Assembly (NCBI GenBank): GCA_963701075.1
Contig: OY969559.1
Coordinates: 224,001 to 288,000 of the forward strand
Reading direction: 5' to 3'
Length of the DNA stretch: 64,000 nucleotides
Source of the DNA: an uncultured Nitrososphaerota archaeon
GTDB taxonomy: Archaea > Thermoproteota > Nitrososphaeria > Nitrososphaerales > Nitrosopumilaceae
The notes beneath the pieces are model-generated. The model saw only the letters and a list, made by a program, of their open reading frames with translations, ran no database searches and had not been told where the DNA came from. Positions 48,585-59,006 of the stretch are shown piece after piece (position 1 is the first letter of the stretch; the number at the start of each line of letters is the position of its first letter). Position numbers and translations under genes: made by a program.

Positions 48585-48992
48585 TTATTTTTTTAAAATA
48601 TTTTCAATCTCAGCAAGCTCGCTATCACTCAGTTTGGGTCTCTTTGTAAACATGCTGTGCACCGGACCTGCACCGTCTTCTTGTCTCCTTGGAATTAGGT
48701 GTACATGAACATGCGGTATTTCCTGGCCACTTTCTTTTCCGTTATGGACTGCTACTAGTGAAGATGGAGCCAAACGCTCAATCTTGCCTGTCAATATTCT
48801 TACAGTCTCAAACAGATCAGCGTTGTCTGATTCGGTCATTTCTTGTATCTTGGTATAGTGAGTCTTGGGGATTACAAGTGTGTGACCTTTAGTCAATGGA
48901 AACGCATCAAGGAATGCAATTGATTTTAAAGTCTCATGTATCTTTCTTGCAGGAATCTTTCCAGATACAATGTTGCAAAATATGCAATCCAT
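48585..48992 (-). CDS. HIT family hydrolase
   Basis: CIFC, HVHVHLIP. Confidence 0.95.
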   Translation of the reverse strand: MDCIFCNIVSGKIPARKIHETLKSIAFLDAFPLTKGHTLVIPKTHYTKIQEMTESDNADLFETVRILTGKIERLAPSSLVAVHNGKESGQEIPHVHVHLIPRRQEDGAGPVHSMFTKRPKLSDSELAEIENILKK

Positions 48993-49039
48993 TTACATTT
49001 TTTGGTTGTTAGAAGACTGTTAAATCCTTTTGGAGGTCG

Positions 49040-49986
49040 TTAGTTCAATTCTGTTATTGCTTGCGCAATAGATGCATGGTCTGGAGCATCTGGCATCTGT
49101 TCCAGATATTTTTTGAGATCTTCTTTGGCCTCGACTGTTTTATTCTGCTCTAGTCTTGCAATGCCTCGATTCTTGTAGATTGGCACAAATCTGTGTGGAT
49201 TTATCTTTATTGCAGCAGTGTAATGAATTTCTGCATTTTGATAATCTTTTGTCTTTAGATAATAGTTGCCAAGTCCCCTATATGCAAGATAGCACCTGTC
49301 ATTTACTCGATGCTTTTCTTGTAGTACTGGACTGCTTCTTGCAAGCTTAGGTCATTTAGTATTCCAGCATACAGGCATGAAGCAGTGGAATTTGATGGAT
49401 TGATCTCAAGTGCTTTTTTTAACAATTGGACAGCTTCGTCAGTTTTTCCCTGCAACCGTAACTTTTCTGCATCAAAGCACAGCCTGTTTGACTTTGTCTT
49501 GCTGTCATGTGCTATCTTTGCCTCTGGTATGATATCAGGAGGAACTAGCAAAAGCATCAACCTGTCATCTTCTTCCCACTGTTTGTCAAATTTTTCGTCA
49601 GGAATTGCGCCAATCTTGTCAGGCTCTGGAATGTAGTGAAAAATGGTCTTTTCCATTTCATCATACCCAATAACCAAAGATGCATGTTGCACGACATCTT
49701 TTATTCCAGGTAAGATAACAATGGGAGGTATTCCCATGTCAATGAATCTCTTGAGTTCTTTTAGCGAAGAATTCAAAATTATGCTTGCAAGCCCGTGTCT
49801 TTCTGCTAGCTCGACGCCCTCAATCAATATGGTTCCCTTTACTCCAGGATATCTTTTTGCAATCTCTTTGGCTTCTGCCAGGGGAAGGTCTACTCCCCAG
49901 TATTTTGACACGGCGCTAATAACAAGGGGCAGACAGATGTTCTCCTCTTGGACTATAGGTACATCAAGTGAGTGACTCGATTCCAT
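49040..49986 (-). CDS. Peptidase C39-like plus TPR protein (frameshift near 49305)
   Basis: VPIVQEENIC, QHASLVIGYD; TPRs continue in another frame to stop at 49040. Confidence 0.75.
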
Positions 49987-50017
49987 GAGATGAGACCTTG
50001 CACGTGTGTTATTAACT

Positions 50018-50563
50018 CTATTTCACAGATGCGAAACTTTTCAACAAATTCTTTCCGTCGTTGCTCATCTCCGGATGAAATTGAGTTCCAAAAATATTTT
50101 GATTTTCATACTGGAAAATTTCAAACTTGCAAGCACCTGAGCTGGCTATCACGTTAAAGGATGAGTCAAGTGTGGCAACCTTGTACGAATGGCTTTCAAA
50201 TGCCTTGATCTTTCCGCTGCATAAGGGATTATCTTGTGTTACATTGACTTCATGAATGCCATGTCGTGGCTCTGCCATCTTTTTTATTGTGCCCCCTAGC
50301 GTGATTGCAAGAATTTCTGCACCGTAACATATTCCAAGAAGAGGCTTTTTCTTTGCAAGAGCATATCTAATCAATTTAGAGTTGATAGCATTCATCATGG
50401 AATCATTTTGTCTTCTTCCAGATAGAATGATTGAAAGCGAGTCCTCAATGTCTGATTCTGTTACCTTATCAAATAATACATGCCTGTAGTTTATTTTTAT
50501 TTCTTTGAGGCAGTCTATAATGGAGTTTGTGTAGACAGAGCCATTGTCTACAACCAGTAACAA
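50018..50563 (-). CDS. Class I glutamine amidotransferase (GMP synthase A-like)
   Basis: LGICYG, TQFHPE. Confidence 0.88.
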   Translation of the reverse strand: MLLVVDNGSVYTNSIIDCLKEIKINYRHVLFDKVTESDIEDSLSIILSGRRQNDSMMNAINSKLIRYALAKKKPLLGICYGAEILAITLGGTIKKMAEPRHGIHEVNVTQDNPLCSGKIKAFESHSYKVATLDSSFNVIASSGACKFEIFQYENQNIFGTQFHPEMSNDGKNLLKSFASVK

Positions 50564-53402
50564 CTATCCTACCCCTATCGATATGTAGTGCAGTTCTGGT
50601 ACGTTATTGACAACTATGATAGTGCCTAGGTTTATCGTGTTGTTCTCTTGCCAGAAGATTATTCTGTTGTCTCCAGACTGCACAAAGTTCTTGACAAAGC
50701 CTGCGATCAGTGTTTTTGCGTTATCAAGATCAGTTGGTTGTTCAAATGAAACTTGGCCCTCCTCAAAAGTAAGCGGCAGCTGTATTGTGGTAGGAGTTAC
50801 TACTGTAAGCTTGTCTTGATCAAGTATTGACCTGATAGCAGATATTCTTGATGATTCGTCCAGTGTTAATGTGGCGGTAACATTAGACGAGGTAACACCA
50901 CTAAGCTTTTCAAGATATGCCGCAAACGCCTCTTGCGGAGTGTTTCCCAGTCCTACAAAGTATTCGCCATCAAATGCAGCCCCAACAGCTGCAATTGTTG
51001 CAATTTGAGATACAACTCCGCCAGTGCCTGCGGTATATACAGGAATAAAGTAGACATCGTGATCTCCCACCCTGTACAAAATATTATCTCCTAACGTAGG
51101 GTTTTGAAGCAATGTTCTAAGCTGTCTAAAGTCCGAGTCCTTGTCAAGCGCCTCACTTACAGAGGATGGTCCAAGAAGTTTTGTTGTGGAATTGAGGGGA
51201 ACTTGGTAAAATTGCATCCGTCCAAGATTTGGTACATCGTTCTGAACTGTCATAAATCCTGCCAAGTTTCTGCCTGCAGACCCTTGAAGTTCTAGCGATA
51301 GTATGCCAAGATAAGTCGGCTTGTCAAATCCCTCTGGTTTTGCCTCTACGTAATAAGTGTCAACACCATTAGGTACCTCATAAAAGTTGTTTGCCTGAAT
51401 AAATGTAGAAGTGTCTGTAACGTGATAAATGTTGAACATGTCCACTTTCCAATCAAAGAGTTCCTCTGGATACCTAAGTTGCTTGTTGAGCCATGTCGGT
51501 GTATCTATGAATTTATCTTGGTATTGGCTGTAGAACATATTTGTAAAGAAATCGTCTCCTGTCTTTATCAGAGTAATATTTCCATTATAGGTATCAATCA
51601 GTGCGTAACCGACTAGCCTTATGTACGGATTGCTAACAGACCATGGTACATTTTTTGTGTCAAATCCTATTATCAATGGCATGAGCCAGTAGGTTTTGTT
51701 CCCGTTAGCAACAGGAAGCGTACCCACTTGGTTTCCAAATAGATCGTACTGGAAATATGGGTACAGTAATTGCATTCTGTCATGTATGTCTCTGTATCGC
51801 ATAATGTGAATTGGCTGCGTTGGATATGACAGGAAGAAATTTGGCTCGAAGAGCTGGCTTACTGGTGGGCTTACATCAAGTCCTCCTGTTCCATCATAAG
51901 ATGCATTGTTTAGTTCAGCCGTTACGGTTCTTCCTACAGGATATGCAGACCAAGTATCGGTAAACAGTCCTCCTTCTCCATAATAGATTACCCTTTGCTT
52001 GAAAAATTGGCTGCTGTCAACTATGGTTCCATTATTGGCATCAAGTGTGAGAAATCCATTGTCTACATGGGTGTAGACAAAGTGTTGATTATACCACACG
52101 TTTTCTGCACTAACCGATGACGGTAGGATTGGTTTCATTGATGCAGTCCAGTATAACGTATCATTGAATCTCAGTATATCGTTGCCTTCAAAGTCAACAT
52201 ATGGTATCAGCCCTATTTCCGGCTTTAATTTTGCAAATGCCGCATCCCAGTTCCATACCCTAACCTTGCTTAACACATCATTATTGGCAGCAACATAGTC
52301 TGCGATCTGATCTGGAGGAACGGGCGAAATTTTTACAGTGTGAGGCACGATAGATATTTGATCTAGTTGAGCCAGGTACCTGTTCACTCCAATCTGTTGT
52401 GCCTTGTATGGCCCAAGATACTCTATCTTTCTTGCGTCAGCTATGCTGTTGTTAATAACCATTATCGAGCCTACGATTATTGCTATTATGACCAAGGTTA
52501 GTACGCGGATGTAGATGTCACGTTTTGACGGGTGCATAATTACCTTGGACTTGAACTTGTCAATGAAATAAAATGCAACAAGCGCAAAGCCTGCTGCAAA
52601 GGTTCCGGCAATCTGATATTTTGTGTTATAGTCTATAGAGTCTGTGAAGAACATGTTGAATGCAGACCATATTACTCCTATTCCAATTATTCCCTCAACG
52701 GTTGATGTATAATCAAGAAACTTTGGCTTGCCTTTTGCTGCATCTTGAAGGTAGCTTGTGATTATTCTCACAACATTATGAAGCCCGACGTATAGCACAA
52801 GTCGCATGCCAATAACAGCTAACAGCGAGGGCACGAATACTGTTAGTGCAGGAATCATCGGTACTACTTGGGTTGTTGCATAAGTAGGATCTAGTGCCGG
52901 AGTGTTAAAGGGAAGAGAAAAGATATTCCAAACGCTTTGTATGCCCAGATCATTTCCTTGCAAAAGATAAACCAAGGCAAAGCCAAAAATAAGATTTGTA
53001 AAGAATGCCCCAAAGAGCAGGACCTTTGTTATCTGCCAAATTATAAAGTTTGGAATGCTCAGCTTGTATTCCTTAAAACCAGGAATATTTTCTGCCCCAA
53101 CATAATTTCCCCTTTTGAGAAATGTGAGGGCAACACTAAGAGAGTACCAAGAGATTGAAGATCGATTCTTGATATTTACTCTAATCAGTGCTATTGATGA
53201 TAATACAAGTGCAGATACGAGTGAGAAATACAGAGGTTTTGTAAAAAGCGTGCCAAACTCCTGAAAGTTCATGTACAAAACGACAGCTTGGTTGCTGCCC
53301 ATCACAAAAATTACAATTGCAATTATGGCTACAATTCCAAGCCTGATGTACTTGCTGGCATCACGCGGAGGTGGGTTGGATTGAGTAGATGAGCTGATAC
53401 AA
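50564..53402 (-). CDS. UPF0182 family membrane protein (ORF track start 53305; N-terminus extends upstream)
   Basis: N-terminal TMs; IYYGE, LRYPEELF, NLAGFM motifs. Confidence 0.8.
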
Positions 53403-53488
53403 AATTATGCTACCTTCCCAAATGTCAAATTAATGTCTACCTACTTCCAGTTCTTTGGCAACTATTAATAAGTCAAGTCGCAGTTTTC

Positions 53489-54614
53489 TCAGACCGCACT
53501 AGCTAATCCCTTGCATATCATGTATACGGCCGCGTATTTTGGCACAGAGATTCTCTCATTTGCATATGGACCATATTTCTTGTTCTTCAACCTAACCAAG
53601 ACAGGACAGTTGGCAATAATGTCCACCTCTTCTTCTCCAAGCAAGCATGCATCCAAAAAGGGATCAAAGTCATCGAGATTTTTGCACTGGATTTTTGACA
53701 GGCCGCTCTTGCTGTTTACCGAACCTTCAAGCCTGAAAATCCTGTGTATGTCCATAGTTACTTTGGGATCCACTTTTACGCCCATTGTTTGGCGTATCTC
53801 GTCGAGTTTTGCTTGGAAGGCAAGATACCCATCTGAAATTATTTGTCTTGTTATTTTGGGTACCTTTGTTTTTGATCCAAATAAGCTAGTTGCTACTCTT
53901 CCTTTCCATCCTGCATCACCTATCTCAGGAAGCGTTGACTTGGAGTTGTATTGTTTTTTCATTCCAAAGGTTTCAGGCATGGCACCGTTGAACATGATAT
54001 AATCCACAAGATCAGACTCTTTCTTGCGAGCCCAACATTTCATAATTATTGTTTATGACTCTGATGTGAAATCCCTCGTTTCCTGAAAAATATACATCAG
54101 TCTCTTCATTTTTTATGCCAAGATCTTGGCCAAGTACTTGCACCAGTTTTTTAACTTCTTTTTTGGACTCGCTGATACAGTTCTTGCAAGCAACTGATAC
54201 AATGTCAAACTTGGTAGACCCGCACTGAGGACAGGCTGGCGGCTTTCCAGGTACAGCGCCATGACATGAACCACACTTGAAAACAGAGTGATCATTTCTG
54301 CAAGACAGCGCCAAGTCCTTTGCGTCAATATCAAAGATTAGATCAGCACCCTTCCAGTCCTTTTCTGACATTGGCAAGTTTGGAAAAGAATAGTATGCAT
54401 TTGAGCAATAAACATCTGATGGAGCCTCTTTCATCAGGAGAAGATGCAGCTCCTTGTTGTCCTTTATTGCAATATGTCGTATCATGCCGCCGTTTATTTT
54501 TTGATAACCAAATTCTCTTTGAGTGGGGTTTGGCGGAACACTGACCAGATCAAAGTGATTGAAATAATATTCTTTGATTGCATTCTCTACAAGTGTAACA
54601 TCTTTTTCAAGCAT
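53489..54614 (-). CDS. priS: DNA primase small subunit (frameshift near 54040)
   Basis: REFGY, LIFDIDAKD, FSGNEGFH, DPKVTMDIHRIFRL. Confidence 0.9.
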
Positions 54615-55634
54615 TAGTTCTTCCTCTTTTTGCCAAATTGAATTGGATTTATTATTCCATCACAATCAGGAATTGCAAAACACAGGTTCTCGCTTCGCAG
54701 TTTATCACAAGAGGGGCACTGATATTTCGTACCTTTGCCTGAAGCACCAGATATGTGTTCAAGTTGGTATCGAGTTACGCGTTCATTATAGTCTGGCGCA
54801 TTTTTAAAAAGCGGAGCTGATCTGATCAGTTGTCTGACCCCTTGCAAGAAGATATGTAGCAAGCAAGAATCTTCCCGAGTGTGGTAGGTTTTCCCCTTTT
54901 TCCAGCACCTCAATTGCGTGTTTCACACACGGAGGATAGCCAGATGATACCACCACAGCATCAGAGAATTTAGTTGCCAGCTGAACCAGGTCTTGTACGC
55001 GAGCCTTGAAGGTGTCTGGAATTGGTGGTAGTGTTATTGATTGGATTCTAGAGGTGATGTATTGACCAAGTTCTGTACGTATAAGCCTCACAGTTTCATG
55101 CGCTGTCAAATGTACAAACCCAGTTGCCACTCTCCGGTTGACAAGTTTCCATTCTTTTTCATGAAAATGTACTGCCCTTCGCAAGTAATTTGGTACACTT
55201 AACATAAATTCGTCATTTTCTACTACAACTTTTACTGAAAATAGTTCCTGGATGATTTTTAATGGAAAGTCGCTATCGTATTTTTGTTTAAGGTCATGCT
55301 CCAGATATTTTTCAGCTCTTCGTGCTTCAGAAAGTGAAAATCTTCTTGTCAGAGTACTAATTCCAGTCGCTTTTAACAAAATGACTGCCACAATGAAAGA
55401 AAGTATTTCCATGTCCATGTCCAAGTTTTTCAGCTGTTCCATATCAGAACTGTAGACCTGTCCTGATGAAGCCACAACAATTCTGCCATATGCCTTTTCT
55501 ATCAATGGTGCCCAGTCCTGGTGGCCCAGCTGTTCAAGATTGAACCCCTTATCTCGCAGATATTCTCCTGCTTCTGCAAGAAAGGGATACTTGGCAAGAT
55601 CCATTATTCCTGGCTGTAGCACATCTCTCTTCAT
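54614..55634 (-). CDS. priL: DNA primase large subunit (frameshift near 54825)
   Basis: AKYPF, YPPC, HSGRF, YQLEH, YQCPSC. Confidence 0.9.
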
Positions 55635-55739
55635 TTTGCACGACTTAAAAATTTGATTGTGTTTTGGTATAATTGCAGAAGACTTGCATCATGATAAAAT
55701 ACACAGCGAACTTAAATTATGCTCAAATGAACCACTGAC

Positions 55740-56582
55740 ATGCAGGTTGGGATGCATGTGTCCATCTCGGGTTCCATTGACCGTGCTGTAGATAATGCAG
55801 TGGCAATAGATTGTACTGCATTTCAGATATTTACTCGCAATCCACGCGGCTGGGCAGCAAAGCCCTTGGCATCTAATGATATCACTAATTTTAGGGAAAA
55901 ACTTGCTGCAAGCAAGATAGACAGGTTTGCAACCGTTGCTCATATGCCATATTTACCAAACCTTTCATCGCCTGAGGACGATCCATTTGCAAGATCGCTT
56001 GGCTCGCTAATAGATGAGATAAAAAGATGCAGCAAACTTGGCATTCCCTATATTGTAGCACATCTTGGAAGCCACAAAGGTGCAGGAGATAAGAAAGGAA
56101 TTGAAAAATTGATCAAGGCATTTACAAAAGCAGCCGATGACACTGCAGACGATGTTATGATTTTACTTGAAAATACGGCTGGACAAAAAAATAGCGTAGG
56201 TTCTGATTTTGAACAGCTTGGAGCCATACTGCAACAACTAAAGCCTGCCAAGCGTTTTGGGGTATGCATTGATACATGTCACGCATTTGCAGCAGGGCAT
56301 GATTTGAGAACAGAAAAAAGTGCTTCAAATACACTTTCAAAGTTCCACAAAACGATAGGATTTGAGCACCTAAAGATACTGCATCTAAACGATTCAAAGG
56401 GCGAACTTGGGTCCAACCTAGACAGACATGAACACATTGGTCTGGGTCACATTGGTGAGAAAGGGCTTGCATATGTTATACATACCATAAATTCAAAAAA
56501 GATTCCGATGATTTTAGAGACTCCCATAGATGAGAGGCGTGACGATGTTGGTAACCTTAAAAAAGTTAAGGAACTGGCTTAA
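55740..56582 (+). CDS. nfo: Endonuclease IV
   Basis: GMHVS, LENTAG, DTCHAFA, HLNDS, DRHEHIG. Confidence 0.95.
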   Translation: MQVGMHVSISGSIDRAVDNAVAIDCTAFQIFTRNPRGWAAKPLASNDITNFREKLAASKIDRFATVAHMPYLPNLSSPEDDPFARSLGSLIDEIKRCSKLGIPYIVAHLGSHKGAGDKKGIEKLIKAFTKAADDTADDVMILLENTAGQKNSVGSDFEQLGAILQQLKPAKRFGVCIDTCHAFAAGHDLRTEKSASNTLSKFHKTIGFEHLKILHLNDSKGELGSNLDRHEHIGLGHIGEKGLAYVIHTINSKKIPMILETPIDERRDDVGNLKKVKELA

Positions 56583-56609
56583 GAGATCTGGTGCCTTGGG
56601 TGATATATC

Positions 56610-58070
56610 ATGAATTATGAACAGATAATACAACTTGCGCTTGAAAGGGGATTTTACTTTCCAAGTTGTGAGATTTATTCAGATGCTCCTGCAGGATTCT
56701 GGGAGTATGGGCCATCAGGTGTTAGCTTAAAGAACAAGTTCATAGATTTGTGGAGACGTGAGCTTGTCAGACGTGATAGGATGTGGGAGATTGATGGTTC
56801 CCAGATAATGTCACAGTCTGTTTTTGTTGCATCAGGCCATCTGTCAAGTTTTGCTGATCCAATAATAACTTGTCAAAAATGCAAATCCATTTTCAGGGCC
56901 GACAAGCTAATTGCAGAGGTTACTTCACTAGTGGTCCCAGAGAGTGCAGAGCTTGAACAGTTTGACCAAGTCATATCAGAAAAAGATGTGAGGTGTCCCA
57001 AATGCAAGGGAAGTTTTGATAACACAAAAAAATTCAACATGATGTTCAAGGTGGGGATAGGCCCACAGAGTGAGGCGGCGTATCTTAGACCAGAGACATG
57101 TCAATCTATCTTTGTTGACTTTCCAAGACTTTACAAGACAATGCGAGGAAGACTGCCGATTGGAGTTGCACAGATTGGAAAAAGTTTTAGAAACGAGATC
57201 TCGCCGCGACAGAGCCTTCTTAGATTAAGAGAGTTTTATCAGGCAGAAATAGAGGTCTTTTGCAATCCCAATAAACTAAACGAGATGGATGGATTCTCCG
57301 AGGTAGAAAATACTGAGATCAGGATAATGGCTGATGATGACACCATCAAACAAGTAACATGCAAGGAGGCATTAGAGTCTGGAATGCTGCCCAACAAGCT
57401 TGTGGCATACTACTTGGCGCTATTAGTGGAATTTTATCGCAAGACAGGAATTGATGTGAGCAAAAGCAGGTTCAGAAAACTAAATGACAAGGAAAAGGCA
57501 TTTTACGCATCAGTTGCATTTGACTTTGAAGTAGAGACTACCATTGGCTGGCTTGAGCTTGTTGCATGTAACTATAGGTCTGATTATGATCTTAAGAGCC
57601 ATGGAAACGTAAGCAAGGAAAAGTTTGAGGTGCTAGACAATGACGTCAAGGTTTTGCCTCATGTCTTTGAGCTCTCAATGGGAATAGACCGCAGTCTGTA
57701 TACTATTTTGGAGCATAGTTTTCGGGAAGACAAGGAAAATGACAGAGTTGTGCTTTCTCTAAAACCATACCTTGCTCCAATACATGTAGGAATACTTTCT
57801 CTTATGAAAAAAGATGGTCTTGCAGAAAAAACAGACGAGATCTTTTCAAAGATAAAGACAAGATTTGATGCCTTCTTGGATCACTCTGGCGCCATAGGGC
57901 GAAGATATAGAAGACTTGACGAGGTAGGTGCGCCCTTTGCAGTAACAGTTGACCATCAGACATTACAGGATGACACGGTAACAATTAGGATGCGAGACTC
58001 GATGAGCCAAGAAAGGATAAAGATATCAGATCTTGATTTACATCTTACCAAAGAAACTAGGTTTCCGTGA
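56610..58070 (+). CDS. glyS: Glycine-tRNA ligase (archaeal/eukaryotic alpha2 type)
   Basis: LRPETCQ, FRNEISPR, REFYQAEIE, GIDR, IGRRYRR. Confidence 0.96.
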   Translation: MNYEQIIQLALERGFYFPSCEIYSDAPAGFWEYGPSGVSLKNKFIDLWRRELVRRDRMWEIDGSQIMSQSVFVASGHLSSFADPIITCQKCKSIFRADKLIAEVTSLVVPESAELEQFDQVISEKDVRCPKCKGSFDNTKKFNMMFKVGIGPQSEAAYLRPETCQSIFVDFPRLYKTMRGRLPIGVAQIGKSFRNEISPRQSLLRLREFYQAEIEVFCNPNKLNEMDGFSEVENTEIRIMADDDTIKQVTCKEALESGMLPNKLVAYYLALLVEFYRKTGIDVSKSRFRKLNDKEKAFYASVAFDFEVETTIGWLELVACNYRSDYDLKSHGNVSKEKFEVLDNDVKVLPHVFELSMGIDRSLYTILEHSFREDKENDRVVLSLKPYLAPIHVGILSLMKKDGLAEKTDEIFSKIKTRFDAFLDHSGAIGRRYRRLDEVGAPFAVTVDHQTLQDDTVTIRMRDSMSQERIKISDLDLHLTKETRFP

Positions 58071-58139
58071 TTTTACAATAAACGTAAAGGATTCAAAAAG
58101 CGTCGTTCAACAAAATACTTTTGATGAATATGCTAGTCC

Positions 58140-58724
58140 TTACTTGATTAGCAGAACAGGACATGAGGCTTTATGTGAAACACCAATTGACACACTACCC
58201 AACAGCAATCTATTATAATCTCCTCTTCCATGAGTGCCCATTACAATAAGGTCTGCCTTATTTGAACTAGCAAAAGAAACTAAAGAATCAGTTACTGACG
58301 ATGAAGTTAATATTTCTGTCTTCAAAGGTATTGCAAATTTTTCTGCAGCAAGATGTATTTTCTTGAATAGTTTTTCCATTGAAGCAAGTTTTTCTTTGCT
58401 TATTATCTGCTTACCAACTTCTTGAATATCAAGAGATGAATCCTCAAAAGATGAGTCAGTCATGACTGTTGTAACTATAATGGAGGAACCGTATTTTTTT
58501 GCTAAATCCAGGGCAAATTCAAATGCTCGATTAGAAAATATCGATCCGTCATAAGGAACAAAGATGTGTTTAATCAGAGATGTATCAATTTCTTTACATG
58601 ATAAATCTACACAAACTATTTGTTCCTGTTTTATAGTAAAGGGAATTTCATGAGGATGACCACATGTACCATCCTTGCAGTCATTACGTGTTCTTTGTAT
58701 TTTTATAGTATACTTCTTTGACAA
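58140..58724 (-). CDS. Universal stress protein with N-terminal Cys/His extension
   Basis: VPYDGS, DLIVMGTHGR, LLGSVS, CPVLLIK. Confidence 0.9.
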   Translation of the reverse strand: MSKKYTIKIQRTRNDCKDGTCGHPHEIPFTIKQEQIVCVDLSCKEIDTSLIKHIFVPYDGSIFSNRAFEFALDLAKKYGSSIIVTTVMTDSSFEDSSLDIQEVGKQIISKEKLASMEKLFKKIHLAAEKFAIPLKTEILTSSSVTDSLVSFASSNKADLIVMGTHGRGDYNRLLLGSVSIGVSHKASCPVLLIK

Positions 58725-59006
58725 GTTACCATCACTTACAGTTCTATTTGATAATCAATGTGAATAAACATCAGTCTGTTTAAAAAATAAAACAAAGTTT
58801 GGTTTTTAGCACATGCCATCTTTGAGTTTGTTATGCAAGATTCTGCTCTTGATATGAATGATTCTAGTCTTGACATAGAAAATTATTCTTGCAGAACCAG
58901 TATGGTACGGTTAGACTTTTGTCAGCATCTTGATCAAGTCTAGAGGCAAGAATAATTCTAATGTATTCCAAGTTCATTATATAGCATAAATTTTTTCTGC
59001 AACAGA

